Shown here: piece after piece, positions 39,501 through 53,052 of the stretch
Position numbering within the stretch: position 1 is the first letter of the stretch
Layout: the number at the start of each line of letters is the position of its first letter
DNA from: Kudoa neothunni
Taxonomy: Eukaryota; Animalia; Cnidaria
Reading direction: 5' to 3'
NCBI GenBank assembly: GCA_964304625.1
Contig: OZ199840.1
Span: forward strand, 2,716,787 to 2,780,786
DNA length: 64,000 nucleotides
Translations under genes and position numbers: made by a program
The notes under the pieces: generated by a model
Seen by the model: only the letters and a program-made list of their open reading frames with translations
Databases searched by the model: none
What the model was told of the DNA's origin: nothing

Positions 39501-42500
39501 CTAGAAAATAGTAAGATGATAGCGCATTCGGATACAAATTATTGGAATATGAACATATTTGTGGATTGAGTTAATTAAATAACTGACACGTACTAGTTGG
39601 GGTTCGCTGGTGCAGGATGTATTCGAATGTGGCAGGTTCATCACGCAATACCACCCACCGCTAATGACGAGATATTGTTAATACGCGCTTGCGCATGTTT
39701 ATGAAATTGACGTGAAGTGATGAGATTCTCCTATTGATGATGAGTACAATGATATTATACTTTGTTTATATTTCTATCTTTATGATGTTTTGGTTTATAG
39801 ATAATCTTTCGATGACTGTCTTGATTGTTTGGTGCCAAATTTGGTTAGCGGGATCTCTACAAATTACTAATATATTGACGATCGTTCCCCGACATGTCAC
39901 GAGCCATTAACAACCCTTTAATTAACTAATCAGAATAGTTTTTTGGTTATATCTATGCTGATATTAAATTTAATCGGCGATTCTAATAAAATATAAGCAT
40001 AGATAAATAGCGTGAACTTTCTCGATACATGGGCATGGGCGCATATAAATTAATCCAGTGAATCTTCGCGCTAACCAAATACAATAAGTGCAATATGTGC
40101 AATAAATGCAATAAACGCATTATATTTAATTTTCTATTGTTTCTAGTCGTATTTTATTTCATATTTAATATTAAATGACAAAAAATATAATGTTCGATAA
40201 TATGATTCGCGGAGATTATTTGCATGATAAATTTTAATCTCAACAACCCGTACTCATAAATTGTACGCAGATGTGAGTTTTCAGAATCTGATGTATTTAA
40301 TTATTTCTATGCTATTAAATGGCTGATTGGGGGTATAATTAATTAAAAAGAATCAACATTTATGACACCTGATATTATTTACCATGTAGTAAATAACTAC
40401 TTCAAGTATTATTTTTCCACATTTTTAGAATATAAGCGAGAATTAAAAAACAAAGAGACCGATAATAATATTATGAATAATTGTTAAATATTTATCAACC
40501 TAATATTTTAGGTATTTATAATATCTTAATTGAGTTAATCGCTCTGAATAATATAACTACTTACACATCCTTAAGCACGTATGTAACATGTGGATTATAG
40601 GAGTTTTAATCGGCGAGAAATTTTTAGTTTTCTTATCGAATGAATCGACATCAGGGATGGTCAACAATTAATTTATTGCAATCAACTTTATAATTTCAAT
40701 AATTGATTTTAGCGAGCGAAATTAATCGCAATTATGACTTTTTACAAAAATTTCGAATAAGATATAATTTGAATCGAAACTTTTCTGTTCCGTCGAGGAA
40801 ATTCACTTATATGAGACTTGTTCTGAAAAATGATACCAGATGTTTCAGTTGGGTTGAAATTGTTGGCAGATACGAAAAGATGAAGTGTTATCTAGCGGAA
40901 CTTGCTTTTACCAATAAAAAAGTTGGATGAATCATATTTTAGCGCTAATAGAAAATTTAGAAATTTCTAAGTTTCAAAGTGATTTAAAAAGTTCCATTCA
41001 CTAACTTTGGCTCTACAGAAATCGAGTAATATTATAACGCATGTAAATTACCTTTTCGATTAATTTATTAAAGCGTGGCCAAAATTTATGAACCTCTATG
41101 TAAGAATACAAATGTTATACATTCGGTGAGTTCTGAAAACGGACCTTTCAAAATTCATGAGGATATAATTGCTGAATTAACTTCTGAAGGGAAACATGCT
41201 GTGTTCAAACTAAAATTGTCCGAAAAAATTTTAGTAGAAGAAACTGACTTTTATTGAATCCAATTATTTTTCCCTTAATGTCACAAGAAAACGAAAATTG
41301 AAATAAACAATCGAAATTCCTCACTAAATAAGCACAAGATTTATTCTATCATCCTCTGATCTGGTTGGATGATTATTCCTCCATTAATCTCGAATCGAGA
41401 ATATTTCTAAAATTCAATAAAACGTTATGGATCAATAAAATTGTTTTGAAAGTTGTTTCATCAGATTTACAATTTATAGTTCATTTTTCTCTATTTCATC
41501 GTTCTGTTATTGTATTTACTTTATGTTATATCTTGTATGTTAAAGACAGTTGTTCATATTGACATTTTTTATTATTTACGTAAAAACTAAAAATAAAACC
41601 AACGTCAGAAAAAACATTTGTTTAGTTTAGTTTCAATTTACATTTACATTGGATTATGTTGTTTCAATAAATGTCCAAATATGTGGCGCTGCATAACGTG
41701 ATTCAAATTTTAGATGTTTTCAATAAAGATAAGTTTTATCAATAAAATATAGAACCCCTCTCCCATGAGATTTCAAATATAATTATTCAGACATTATACC
41801 AATTAATTAACTTTTCTAACTTAAAATTTATATTAATGTTTTAAAATATGATAGATTTCTTGTTACTCTTATTTGGGAACGAAATAATTAATGGAAAATT
41901 TTTATGCTAAAATATATAAATGACCTTCGGTGAAGTTGGATATATCGTCGATAATTTTCTATTAATTGATTGTACACTAAATAATTGATTTTTAGGATAA
42001 AAATGAATTAGTTTGTAAATATTGCAAAGTGTAATTATCCAAACAACAAAAAGGAATCTACAAGCAAATAACATCAACGAAACATATGACGTTAACAAAA
42101 ATTTCAAGCCACTTCTCTGTCAGTTATTATTTTTAGGAAATGAAAAAATTGATTTTTGTTATTATTCTTGATGTTATCCCGCTATCGCAATTTGATAAGA
42201 AAAGATTTTTTATGGATCTTGTTCCAATTTTTTTAATCTAAGGAGCGGAGAACGCACAGCCCAGTGGTGTGGCGACTGGACTCAATTCCCCACGTTGCTT
42301 AATTTATTGTTTCCGTACGAGCGTCTCTATCCCATAACAGGATCTACTATTTAGTACGATTTCACCTGCAGTTAAGTTACAGCTCGATCCAGTGGAGGAG
42401 GTTGGATTGGATTAGACGTTTGAATCTCGGGAATGCATCAACAGGCCTAAAATCTCTGTAGTCAAAGTCCTTATAGGTTTAAGGCCATGCTTAGGGGTGG

Positions 42501-45500
42501 TGGTTGGCCCGCAAACGAGAATGTGTAGTTTAACGGTTTTACCTCCCGCATTACCGCAGAAAGATAATAGGCGAGGAGGTAGATGTTACTCGTCCTGTGG
42601 TGCCTACAGCATTACTGATGGTGGTCTAACCAGCCACAACCTAATAATTTTGGAAGTAAAAAGTTGCACCAGGGGTTTTACATTGTAAACAAAAAAACAT
42701 CTTTCATCTAAGTTGACATAATTATTTATTTACTTTTGACTTATTTGGGGTTTGAAGAATATAAAATTCGTTAATATATATATTTTTCACGAGTTAAAGC
42801 AGATACACCAGGTAACTGCTCGGTTTCGCGCCATTTACTTAATTGCAGTGCAGTATGGATTAAAAGCTAAGTTGAAACGTTATTTAAATTTTTTATTAAG
42901 CTTTATAATATAAAAAATCAATAATTAATCGCAAGTAACTAGCAATCAAAAGACAAACTCTTTCCAACCAAATTAATATGCAAACAATAATATGGTAAAG
43001 ACATTATGTAACGTTTTGATCACGAAATAAGAGTGACGTAGCGAGAAAAGATGGTAGCGAGGTTTTCAACTGCACCATAGTTGTGTTGTTCGAAAACTTC
43101 ATTCACCTCAATTAGTTTGAACCAATGATAATTCTACACACACAGTAAAACTGCACCAACGAAATTCTCACAAAACCAACCTTAAGAAGAATATTTTGGA
43201 AATGTTGTGAGATATTGAAGCACAGTTTGATTGGAAGGTCGGATCCGGTCTGGACGTGGGATTGCCTGTCGAGATTGTCAATAATGGCGCAAAGGCGTTC
43301 AAAGCAGATCAACAACAATTGTTTAAGAGTCTCAAGGTTTTTGTTACGTCTGACTCCCACAGTATCTGCTCAATACCAACGTGTTAAAGGTAAAGGTAAA
43401 GGTAAAGGTAAAGATAAAGATAAAGATAATTTTCAGCCGTAACCGACATACCGAATGGTGCATTATCTCCAAGCGAATCGTCGTCAGACATATCGTGATC
43501 AGAGTAAGTATTATCGTCGTCACTGTTGCCTACCTTGATGCGAGGATATCTCTTTTTGCTCTGTTCCAGAAAAAAGTGTAAAAAATCATCGTCCACTTAA
43601 TAAAAACTCATTTACTTTGGCTGTTCTTTGATCGCGGCTTTTACGAGAATTAAGGTGAAACTACACAATCGGCATATATATAAACACCAAAAATTTCAAC
43701 TCAAAATTTTCTACTGTTTTGTCTTTTTGAATGTAATGATTAAGTAATTCATCAATTATCTCCCAAACATAGAATCTATCCAACCGGCAGAAATGAGATA
43801 TTTCAAATTTGGAACAATCACTTATTTAGATGTCCAACAAGTTTGTCATGGAATAGGAATTTAATAATAGATGAGGGTTGGACCAATTGTTGTTGCCATA
43901 GATAGAAAAACACAATTTTGATTCTCTATACATCCCAAATCATCGCCAATCAACTTCCAAAAATGCATACCAATGGGTTTTTAAACCAAAACTGATAGAC
44001 TGAATAAAGCAAAACCATCTCCTGTTGTTCGCTGCTAATGAGTCTTTCCAACAGCAACTTATGACTAATCATTATTAATTACTACTCATCTCCACAGGTT
44101 CCCCTCAAAATTAAATAACTCATACGATTCAATCATCGAAAAAGTTTTGCTCAGAATATGACGATGAGCAGCTAACAATATTTGAACGGTCAAATGGATC
44201 TGAATGATGTTTTTTGTGGATAAGTGTTCGAATTCAAAAGGTGCTTCTCCTTTGTAGTTACTCAACGAATTATCCAACACATTAAACAATTCATCGCAGC
44301 TCGCCTTAGCAATGATTTTTGAAACAAAAGTATTTTTAATTTCAATGAGAGATTCGGGACCTAATCAATCCCAAAAGTCTACAATCACTTATAAAAACAA
44401 CGCATACTTTTAGATTTGGCTCCATAATAATAATTGCATTCTCGATCAGAATCAAGAAGTTTTTTGAAGCCATTAAACTGTTCATTAATCGTAAATTTCC
44501 CATCATAATGGCTAAAATTATGTGATTAAATACAAAAACATCAAAAACAAGATATATAAACAAACTTTTGTAGCTTTCGAAAGGTTTCATTCAGAAACAA
44601 TTTTCTAGAGTCAGGTGCTTCCAGATCGTTGATATATTCTCTTATGATGGATGAAAATCAGTCATTATTACAGACATTAAAACAACTAATAAATTACAAT
44701 TCATCCCAATTCCAATTGCCTTTATTATTAGCTATGTAGTGGGAGAAAAAGTCCGCCAATCTTCATACAATTAACAGGTAACAAAAAAGCCACACACAGA
44801 TAATCACTTTTTAATACACACAACATTCATGTAATCGCAGTTGCTTATGAGCAGATTCGCAATTTTGTTTATCTACAGCAACCCAAATAAATACTCATGA
44901 ATAGAACAACTTCAACGTACAATAATGGGATAGAGGCTTGATTGAACACTGCACAACAAACACAACACCAGGCAACAATAAATATCCGGAATCGATTCAG
45001 ACGATAACGAGAGAACATTTTGAAACAAATACTACCCACACATGGAAACAATTTTATTGTCAACAAAGAATGTGTCTATTACCTCCACAATAACATAAGG
45101 AATAGCATATTTGGTGTATTTGGTCAACGCAATTAGTTTCGTAACACTATAATAGATAATTGATAACATCGATGTGTATCGATATATTTGGACATAAAAA
45201 TACCATTCTTTTCGATCGGTCTCATACGTCATTAAAATTGCTTCTATTTGCTCCTCGATTTGATATCGAAATTGAGAACCTACTGGTAGTAAATCAGTGC
45301 CACAACTATCATCCTAATAAAACAACACATTCACTACAATCACATAAAACACAACAATACTTCTAAAATGTCTTGTTGGACAAATATTTGAGTTACCACA
45401 GTTGGTAATGGCATATTGTACATTTCTGATGACGAAGGAAGCATTATAGTGGGCAATGTTAACTACAACACCATGTTCAACTCGCACATTATTTACATTA

Positions 45501-47685
45501 CATATGTTAGATCAGGGTGCACAAACTCCGCCTCTCAACAAGCTTTTTTTGTGGCCCGCGATGAACTTTAATTAAATTCAGATTAATGGCGTACTTATAA
45601 ATGCAATGAAAATGCACTCGATTATTTAACTTCAATCGGTTTATCTAGTTATTGAATATATCGAGGACACCTAATGAAGCTATTAAAAAAATTTATTTGA
45701 GTTTTTTATTATACGCGAATCATTAAGAGCACTCTCTAAATAGGAAAAAAGATTTTCTGCTATTAGTCACTTCACCGTGTGACATAGAGAAAACGTTTTT
45801 TAATCAAAGATCATGTAACAATTTAAATTATATCTTCTTGAATGTGTAATGTGTAGTGTGTAGTGTGTATGGGGGAGAAGATCATACAGATACAGGGTAG
45901 ATTTATGATTTAAAAATTCGCTCGGCAATGCTGACCCGAATTTAAGTTCAGTTAAAATAATATTAATAATTAAAGTGCGTTTCATAAACGATGCGAAATA
46001 ATAATGTATTTATATTGAGCGTAAAATCAAGGTTTCGATAAGAAACTTAAATAAACATTGACACATAAGACAAACATCCGTTAGAGTTGATAATGAGCAC
46101 GTATTAAAGGGCAATTTAAACTACACATCACACGACCAATTTGCTCACCCAACGTATATCACACATTTGATTCAGCTTATTTTTATTCCCATGCTAAAAT
46201 GACTGAAATTCGAAAAAAAGTTATCATGCGAATAGAAAATTTAATGACGCCTGGACAGAGAAATATTGTTTTATTCAAGAGTGGACGAATATTATTTGTT
46301 TGCTGTGTCATCCGTTATTCAATTTAAAACATTTAGGAAACTTATTATTTGTGAATTATTCTGAATATTGCGTTTAAAAATCTGTAAATTTATCCATCGT
46401 GTGAGCTATAATAACTTTAGTTTTAAACTTCCTTGCCTTGGAAGTTTTCGGAGCTTAAAATATGTGCACCACTGTGTTAGATGTTATTTGTCTAAAAGTA
46501 CTTTAACAGCCTTCTTAAACTCCTTGATGGAATCATAAGGTCTAGTCACACCTACCCATTTCCATTCATCAGCTTTCAATTGTTGCATATTTTCCCATGC
46601 ACATACCATAAACTATAATTATATTTACATTACAAAATACAACATATATTGTTAATCAAATACATCTTTTTGAAAAAAAGGTGAATCTGTTACAGACCAT
46701 ATTCGAAATGGTTTGTATAGACGTTGATCGTATTTTCTGTACAATTTCATATTAATTTAAATATTTTCAACGCAAATTTACGAATAGAATTCAGTCAATT
46801 CAACCATATATTGATCAAAATGTTGACCATATTCACTACTGGTATCCGCTTTGATAGCCATCCATGGTAGTGATGTGATAATAGTGTAGAGCAACCAATT
46901 TGAATACACCTTGAATAAATGAACAATAATTAATCTCCTAACAACCTACCAACGACGTCGACTGATCTCTAGCAGTAACCAACATCTTCTCAAACAGATT
47001 CAATATACATTTCACGTTGATCACATTAACGTTGACCATATCACATGTGAAACGAATCTATACAATAAAAATGTATCACATAACATTCTAAAAAAGTGAT
47101 TGGATTCTAAGTGAAACAATTTATGGAATTATATTAGCGAGTAGATAGATATGTTTATTTACTTACCAAATATTTCAATTTTTTGTAGTCATGGTTTTGA
47201 AAATTATGATTTATTTTGTCGGTTAAGAAAAATAAAAAATCTGAACCGAATTCACTCTCCTTCACATGCAAAAGTCCAATCAATGAAACGTACGTAGGTA
47301 TCATTTCTGGTTTTTGAAACATTCTTTATTAATATTTCATATAATGAAGATATGAGGAAAATTACAAACGATAAACAGTTTCTGATATAATCTTCTTGTG
47401 ATAGAGAATCTCATGTTCCAAAGAATCGACTAAACGTTCCAAATCTTTAGCTACTGAATCACTCTAGGTACAAATTTCGTCAATTTCTGAATTGTTTCGA
47501 TGTAAAATTGAGATATTTTACTTCGCCAATCAACTCAATAGAACGTACAATTGTTGTGACGTCATTCTCATGGAACTTGGAAGATTTCCTATTGTATTCT
47601 AGACAAAATTTCGGGGTTAGTTTGGTTGTTAAATGAAATTACCTTTATATTGCATGCGCCTTTTCTGAGGCTCAAAACTCGACAT
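32549..47685 (-). CDS. Large multi-exon gene: helical (HEAT-like) N-terminus plus Ser/Thr-rich C-terminus with PP1-docking motifs; probable divergent RIF1
   Basis: Co-oriented exon chain from ATG 47685 to TAG 32549. Removing intron 34602-34645 gives PTSILKRKSTDSDYNQSPSKTNADGKKLRF, like metazoan RIF1 STSILKR......SP..KVRRVSF. Helical exons such as GLWEQFSRINSKNQSKTLHIECLVEKL and IWHQTIKTVIERL loosely recall the RIF1 N-terminal domain. Single-gene continuity across the long introns is inferred, and some apparent frameshifts are present. Confidence 0.5.
36737..36782. repeat. Perfect 20-bp inverted repeat with a 6-nt loop inside a larger imperfect foldback
   Basis: TCTCAATTTCTAATTAGTTG-ctttga-CAACTAATTAGAAATTGAGA; outer arms AATTCGCGA (36708) and TCGCGAATT (36816). 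Confidence 0.9.
42245..42690 (+). repeat. GC-enriched intronic island, possible SINE or retroelement UTR remnant
   Basis: Abrupt GC rise; A-box-like CAGCCCAGTGG and degenerate B-box-like GGACTCAATTCCCC near the 5' end. No recognisable coding motif. Confidence 0.3.
43387..43427. repeat. Hexamer microsatellite (AAAGGT)n(AAAGAT)n, probably intronic
   Basis: Visible directly; it produces the spurious YLYLYL/KGKGKD/VKVK translations in the ORF track. Confidence 0.85.
45513..46474 (+). mobile_element. Non-autonomous Buster/Charlie-type hAT element in an intron
   Basis: Perfect 8-bp TSD TGTTAGAT (45505-45512 and 46475-46482; nnnTAnnn is Buster-typical). Ends CAGGGTGCACAAA ... TATGTGCACCACTG. Remnant RKFNDAWTEKYCFIQEWTNIICLLC is a SPIN/Buster-type N-terminus. 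Confidence 0.88.
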
Positions 47686-48430
47686 TTTACCGTTGTTTAC
47701 TTCAAACAAGAATTACTCAATATTTTAAGATTCGATCCGAATTTACCCGAGTTAAGAATTCCGCGTGATTAATTAACGACGATGTTTATAATGCATCGTC
47801 CATTTTTAATCCCGACCACTCCAATTTATAGTTTATCTATAAAGTTTATTTCTTAGAGCCTGTTGTATTTATGATTTTGTTGTAAGTATGATTATTTCAT
47901 GATCCTCTGAATGTTGATTCAGGTTAAATATTCGATATTGGTGATAATGGTAGAATAGGGGACAACCAAAAAACACAAAATTCTATGTTTTTCTCATTTA
48001 TTAAATTGCGTTGGTTTATAATAAGGTAAAAAACTTGAGAATGACAAGAAATGACGGTTAATTTTTCTGATAATCCCAAATCAACACCGATAGCGTCGCA
48101 TGATTAATCCCTTATCACATTTTTTAAACATTAAATTAAACCCTGGCTAGATTCGATAATCACCAAGATAAAGTTTTCTAATATTGGTTTGCAAACGTGT
48201 CTGATTAGCTTGTAACCGGTACACATAATAGAGCAGGACTGCCAACTAAAATTGGGCTCGCACCTCGTATGCATACAATATACGTAGGGCATGCAATTTT
48301 CGATTTCGATCGATTTAAACCATCGATTTTGTTAGGGCGGTTCAACCAGACAATACCTGTTCGTGTCATGAGCGCATGAAATTTTCTGGTCTTAAAATTG
48401 TGGACACGAAACCATTCGTGCGTTTCGTGC

Positions 48431-48609
48431 GCTGGGATAGTGGTAAAGTGTGTGGTGTAACGGACGAGGGTCGAATCCATGACCGTCCAAGCTAAAAGTG
48501 GCGGGGCCTTATTACTTGACTATGGACCGACCATAGCGCTGACGCACGATTACGCGCTACAGTTAATATGTGGATGTGGCATCTAAAATGCCCTCTTTCA
48601 CATTTTTTT
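48431..48609 (+). ncRNA. Candidate Pol III element (tRNA-like A/B boxes, hairpins, T7 run): SINE or small RNA
   Basis: A-box-like TGGGATAGTGG (48433), B-box-like GGGTCGAATCC (48468), hairpins CTATGG/CCATAG and TAGCGC/GCGCTA, and a T7 run at 48603-48609. Confidence 0.35.
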
Positions 48610-50731
48610 CAGATTTGTTTCTTAGTTATTAATGCAAAAGTTATTTAGATTTTTTACTATTGTTGTATAACAATTTTATATGGACTAACTTTAGATATAA
48701 ACTCAATGCGTGTCTCACAAAAAGATCTCATCTTTCACTAGAATGAAAATACTTTTTGAATTTTAGGAAATAGATATTGATGTCGTACGATTTATTTTAG
48801 TTTATAATTTTTTGTATTTAATTTGTTGTTAGAAATTAAAAATTAATTCAATTTGTATTATTGAAATTCAGAAACCTAATTTTTTTTTAATGATAATATT
48901 AAATTATTTGACCTTGCAGTATTTTTACAATATCCTAGATAAATATTAAGCTATAATTTTACTGGTTCGTAAGTTTTTTTATGTGTCAAAATCTGGTAAC
49001 GACCAACTTGCCAAATTTTACGAATACGAATTGAAAATATTACAAAATGTAAACACAATGCGTTAACTAAGGTTGTTATTGTTATTATTATATCTTTATC
49101 GGTACACATATAAGTGACTTAAACTAATAGATTTATAGAAATAACAATTATTTGAATCTATAAAAACAACATTTTTATGTTCGACGAATGTTTTACTAAC
49201 CACACACACACACGCACATTAATACCTCTAATAAAGTCATAACTTCATATAACCAACCTTTAATTATTTACCTATTGAAATTAAATTCTTATCTAAAATA
49301 TAGTGTTGATTTATGTTTAAAAAATTCATCAATTCTAAGTTTATTAAGGAAATGCATTTTGAGAGCACGTGGTTGTCCTGGTTTTTAAACCCTTCACAAT
49401 TAAAACCAACTTAAACATATATAGATAAACTTGATATCGTAAAACATATGTTTATATGCTACATAATATGAAAAATAACCAACTTATGAGTTATTATCAA
49501 AATAAATTAGACAACAATTCAACGTTTGTTGAAAAAAAGAAATTCGAAAAACACGCATGCGCAAGAGGGTCTTTTTTAGCTGCCGCTTACTTTACCGTCA
49601 CCAAAATGATCTTAGATATGAAAATGGTATTAAATTTTGAGCAAAAAAATATGAGACATTGAATATAAACAATTACGATCTTTACCTTGATTTACTGGCA
49701 TTTTTGAGATATGTTACCTCGTTATATCATAATTTCTTATTTTAATAACAAATAAAAATTTGAAATCAATGTTTTTTTAAGATAATTAAATCGATTTACA
49801 AAACAGGACCTCGATATATTATGTTACGCTATAGTCAAACCTATCTAAACGTTTTTTAAATAGATTAAAAACCTTTTAACCTTAATTTTATAAGCCTAAT
49901 AATTAGAAGTGAATTTTTTAAGTGTCTATGTTAGGTCTGTTCAGTTTTTTTTGAGATCATACAAAATAACACATAATAAGGAGAAGGAATGAATTAAATT
50001 AATCACAAAAGTGTCTTATTTTTAGTATTATTAATATAGACTACCAATTTTCTTGTTGATTTTAATAGCTCTGAATAAAATAATTCCTTAGAAATCCTTA
50101 AGTACGTCATAAACTCCTTTATGCAAAAATTGTCACTATCAAATTTTCACGTCACTTAATTTATCCCCTTCCATTTAAAATTTACCCCTGCGTTAGACGA
50201 GTCTGTGAGTTTTCTATCAAACACTGTCCAAAGCTGAAGAAAGAAAACATGCTATCGTATTAAGTTTCCTGAAATATTCACTAAGTTTCTACCTGACAAG
50301 ATCATAACAGATTAAAAAGATGCGGCTACATATTTACGGGCGCCTATAAATCACAAACGTTTCTCTGTTATATACAAGACTGTTAATATACTTCCTGATA
50401 TAATATATGAACAGAATATTCTTTCAATTATTCGTGAATAATTAAAATTATAAATTTAGAAGAAGAAAATTTTGGAATTTTTAAATAATGTCATATTATA
50501 GGGTTTGATTTAATGAACTCTGGTTATATACAGTGGAAGCTCTTTAAGGAGTTTAAATTAGGTTATATGGATGTTCGAAATGATTTAAAGTTTAATAATA
50601 ATTCCTTGAAACTTAACGATTGTTAATAATGAAAAATACAATAATATTATTTTAACGTTTTTATTGAAAAAAGAATAATCTAAACATTTTTCGGAGAAAG
50701 GTTGAAATAACCTAACAACAATTATTTGATT

Positions 50732-52105
50732 CTAAGCGGAACTACAGATCAGATCACATTCTGATTGGGTGAGAAAATTGTTGGAATTTCCATTTATACC
50801 GCCGAAGAGAAAAGTGGAGCATGACTTACTTGTAGGTTCGTAAGTGTAGCGTTCAACTTGCAGATTCCCGTTGCTCCCATCTTCAAGGTATATTCCAGCC
50901 TTTGGTTCTTCTTTACATGGCAAAGAGGCATTTGTCTTTATAGGTTGGGACACTAAAATATACCATTAAGCGAATTATACTAAATTGAATGCATCATACC
51001 CGCTGGACAATAGCTAGAACAAAGCTCGACAGAATCAAAGGAGTTTTTCTTTACAGAAAAGCTAGCGTCGTCAGGAATATAGGTCTCAAATGGTTTACAT
51101 GTTTTTGAAACATTATCGAAGTAGTATTTAATTCTGATGGTGATGGTAGAAAAATCTGGAGTAACTGGAAGGTCAAATTGGTCTGGCAATGACTTTGAGC
51201 ATGCTTCTACAAAATTATCCTCTTAAAGTACAATAGAGACAATTTCTGCAACTGACTCACCAAAACAAATAGAAACACATTGCGAAAGAGTCGAAAAGTA
51301 GCCGCGTTTAACATTTGATGTGCCTGTGGCAGCAAAAATGCACCTTTTATTAGCATTATCTGCTACAACGCGTACAATAGGCTCATCAGAATCTGGCGGT
51401 TCATAAAATCTGCAATCGAACTCGTTTGGCAAAGTAATTTCATTCGGTTTATCCTTATTCCCATCCTCAGGAGGCGAGCCACTTACATTATCTAATCGGA
51501 AAGTAGATTTTATAATAATGCGTAGGTTTACTCTGGCACGCTTTTCTGCAGTCAAGTTCTGAAGAAAAATTGTTGGCGTTACCTCCACACCCGGTATACA
51601 TAAACGTTCCGCAGGTATTTGGTAGGACCTCCTCTGATCCTTGTGAGTTGCCCTTGGTTGTAAAGTACCATCGTTTGATGCGTTTATCTGGCGTCACTCC
51701 TGTACATTTGCCTTCATCTGGTGTTAACAAGCAGGCCTGTACTTGTTCTGTAGGTTTAAATATTTCTTTACATAACATACCAATTAGATAAACTCATATC
51801 GACGATACAGTTACTGTGGTCTTCGCATGCGAATTTCGTTGGAAAATTATTAAAATTTCCACCAGAACCTTTATAAATAAAGGGGACACATTTAGCTGTG
51901 TTTATATCAATAGCCCATCGTTCTAGCTGCGATTCTTTCTCTGATTTTGTTGACCAACTTGGTTTTCTACCGTTATCTATACTGTAAGATAACAATTGAG
52001 TATCTATCAATAAAAACATAAATAATATAACCGAGGTTAATGTAGTGTACCCAATTTTATTTTTTGTACGACATAGATTAAAAATATTGCAACCAAACGA
52101 AACAT
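50732..52105 (-). CDS. Secreted multi-Kunitz/BPTI domain protein (five domains, ~6 exons)
   Basis: Hydrophobic N-terminus MFRLVAIFLIYV. Domain motifs CVPFIYKGSGGNFNNF...C, CGTFMYTGCGGNANNF....C...C, CIF....GYFSTLSQCVSIC, YYFD....CKPF....NSFDSVELCSSYC and CSTFLFGGINGNSNNF....C...C, separated by phase-1 introns. Confidence 0.9.
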
Positions 52106-53052
52106 TTTAGTTTATTTTGCTCTATAATAGCAAATATTCTTTGTAATTCGACGTATAGTGATAGAAAGTTTAATCATCGTAATCATGGATTTTACTTATG
52201 AGTCCATTTGAAATAGTAAAACAATGATAATTGTTGCTCTTTATTTAAACATTTTTTATTAAATGGCAACAATTTACATTTAATTACGCTTTTTATATTG
52301 TTATTTGAGAATCTATTTTTCAGGAATTAGCTTTAAATATTGATTCACTTATTCAGTAACAAGATAAATAACCAAGAAATCGAAGCCATTTTAATTTTTT
52401 CGATCTATCTAAAATATTAATATTAAAATTAATTATTTTAATTTTTATAAAAAGTACTAACTATAACATGGTTATAACTATTATCACATCAAGACGTTAA
52501 CTTTATTGAATTGAATAAATCTGTAATTTCAAATCTACCTATGAAATTATTAATTGTATTATTTCATTCAAAGTTTTAGTGATGTAATAGTAAAATATTC
52601 TTACGTTAAAAAATAGATATCGAGTGCCTGCTCAAACACAATCATAATTTATTTTCCCAATAAATAATTCAAATTTAGAATATCTAATTTGTTTTTTGAA
52701 TTTATTAACATCTTATTTTATCACAGAATGTAAACGACGCAATTCAAATGAGATTTTGTCTTACCAATACATTTATGGTTGGATTATTGTCATTCTTTAA
52801 TTCTGAAGTTGAAAATCATTCATTAATTATCTCAGATTTATTATATTGGTTTCATTCTCGAACCTCTATTAGTTTATCAGGAAAACGTTTCACAATTTTT
52901 TCATTTTCATTTTCAATTTCGTTTTCCTCGTTTTTATTTAAGTTCTCAATTTAGTCGTCTTACGAATCGATTGACATTGAAGCTAATAAATTATCTTCAA
53001 TCGTAAAATTGAAAACACGTTAGAACTTATTTATATTTAAAATAAAAAAATT

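Noticed and set aside
40703-41300. Intronic plus-strand ORF fragments with LVLKNDTRCFSW (TRW-like)
   Set aside because: Probably a transposase relic, but one degenerate motif is not enough to call a family or a nested gene.
42245-42690. Self-cleaving ribozyme in the GC-rich island
   Set aside because: No hammerhead core (CUGAUGA...GAAA with flanking stems) or convincing HDV-like fold found by eye.
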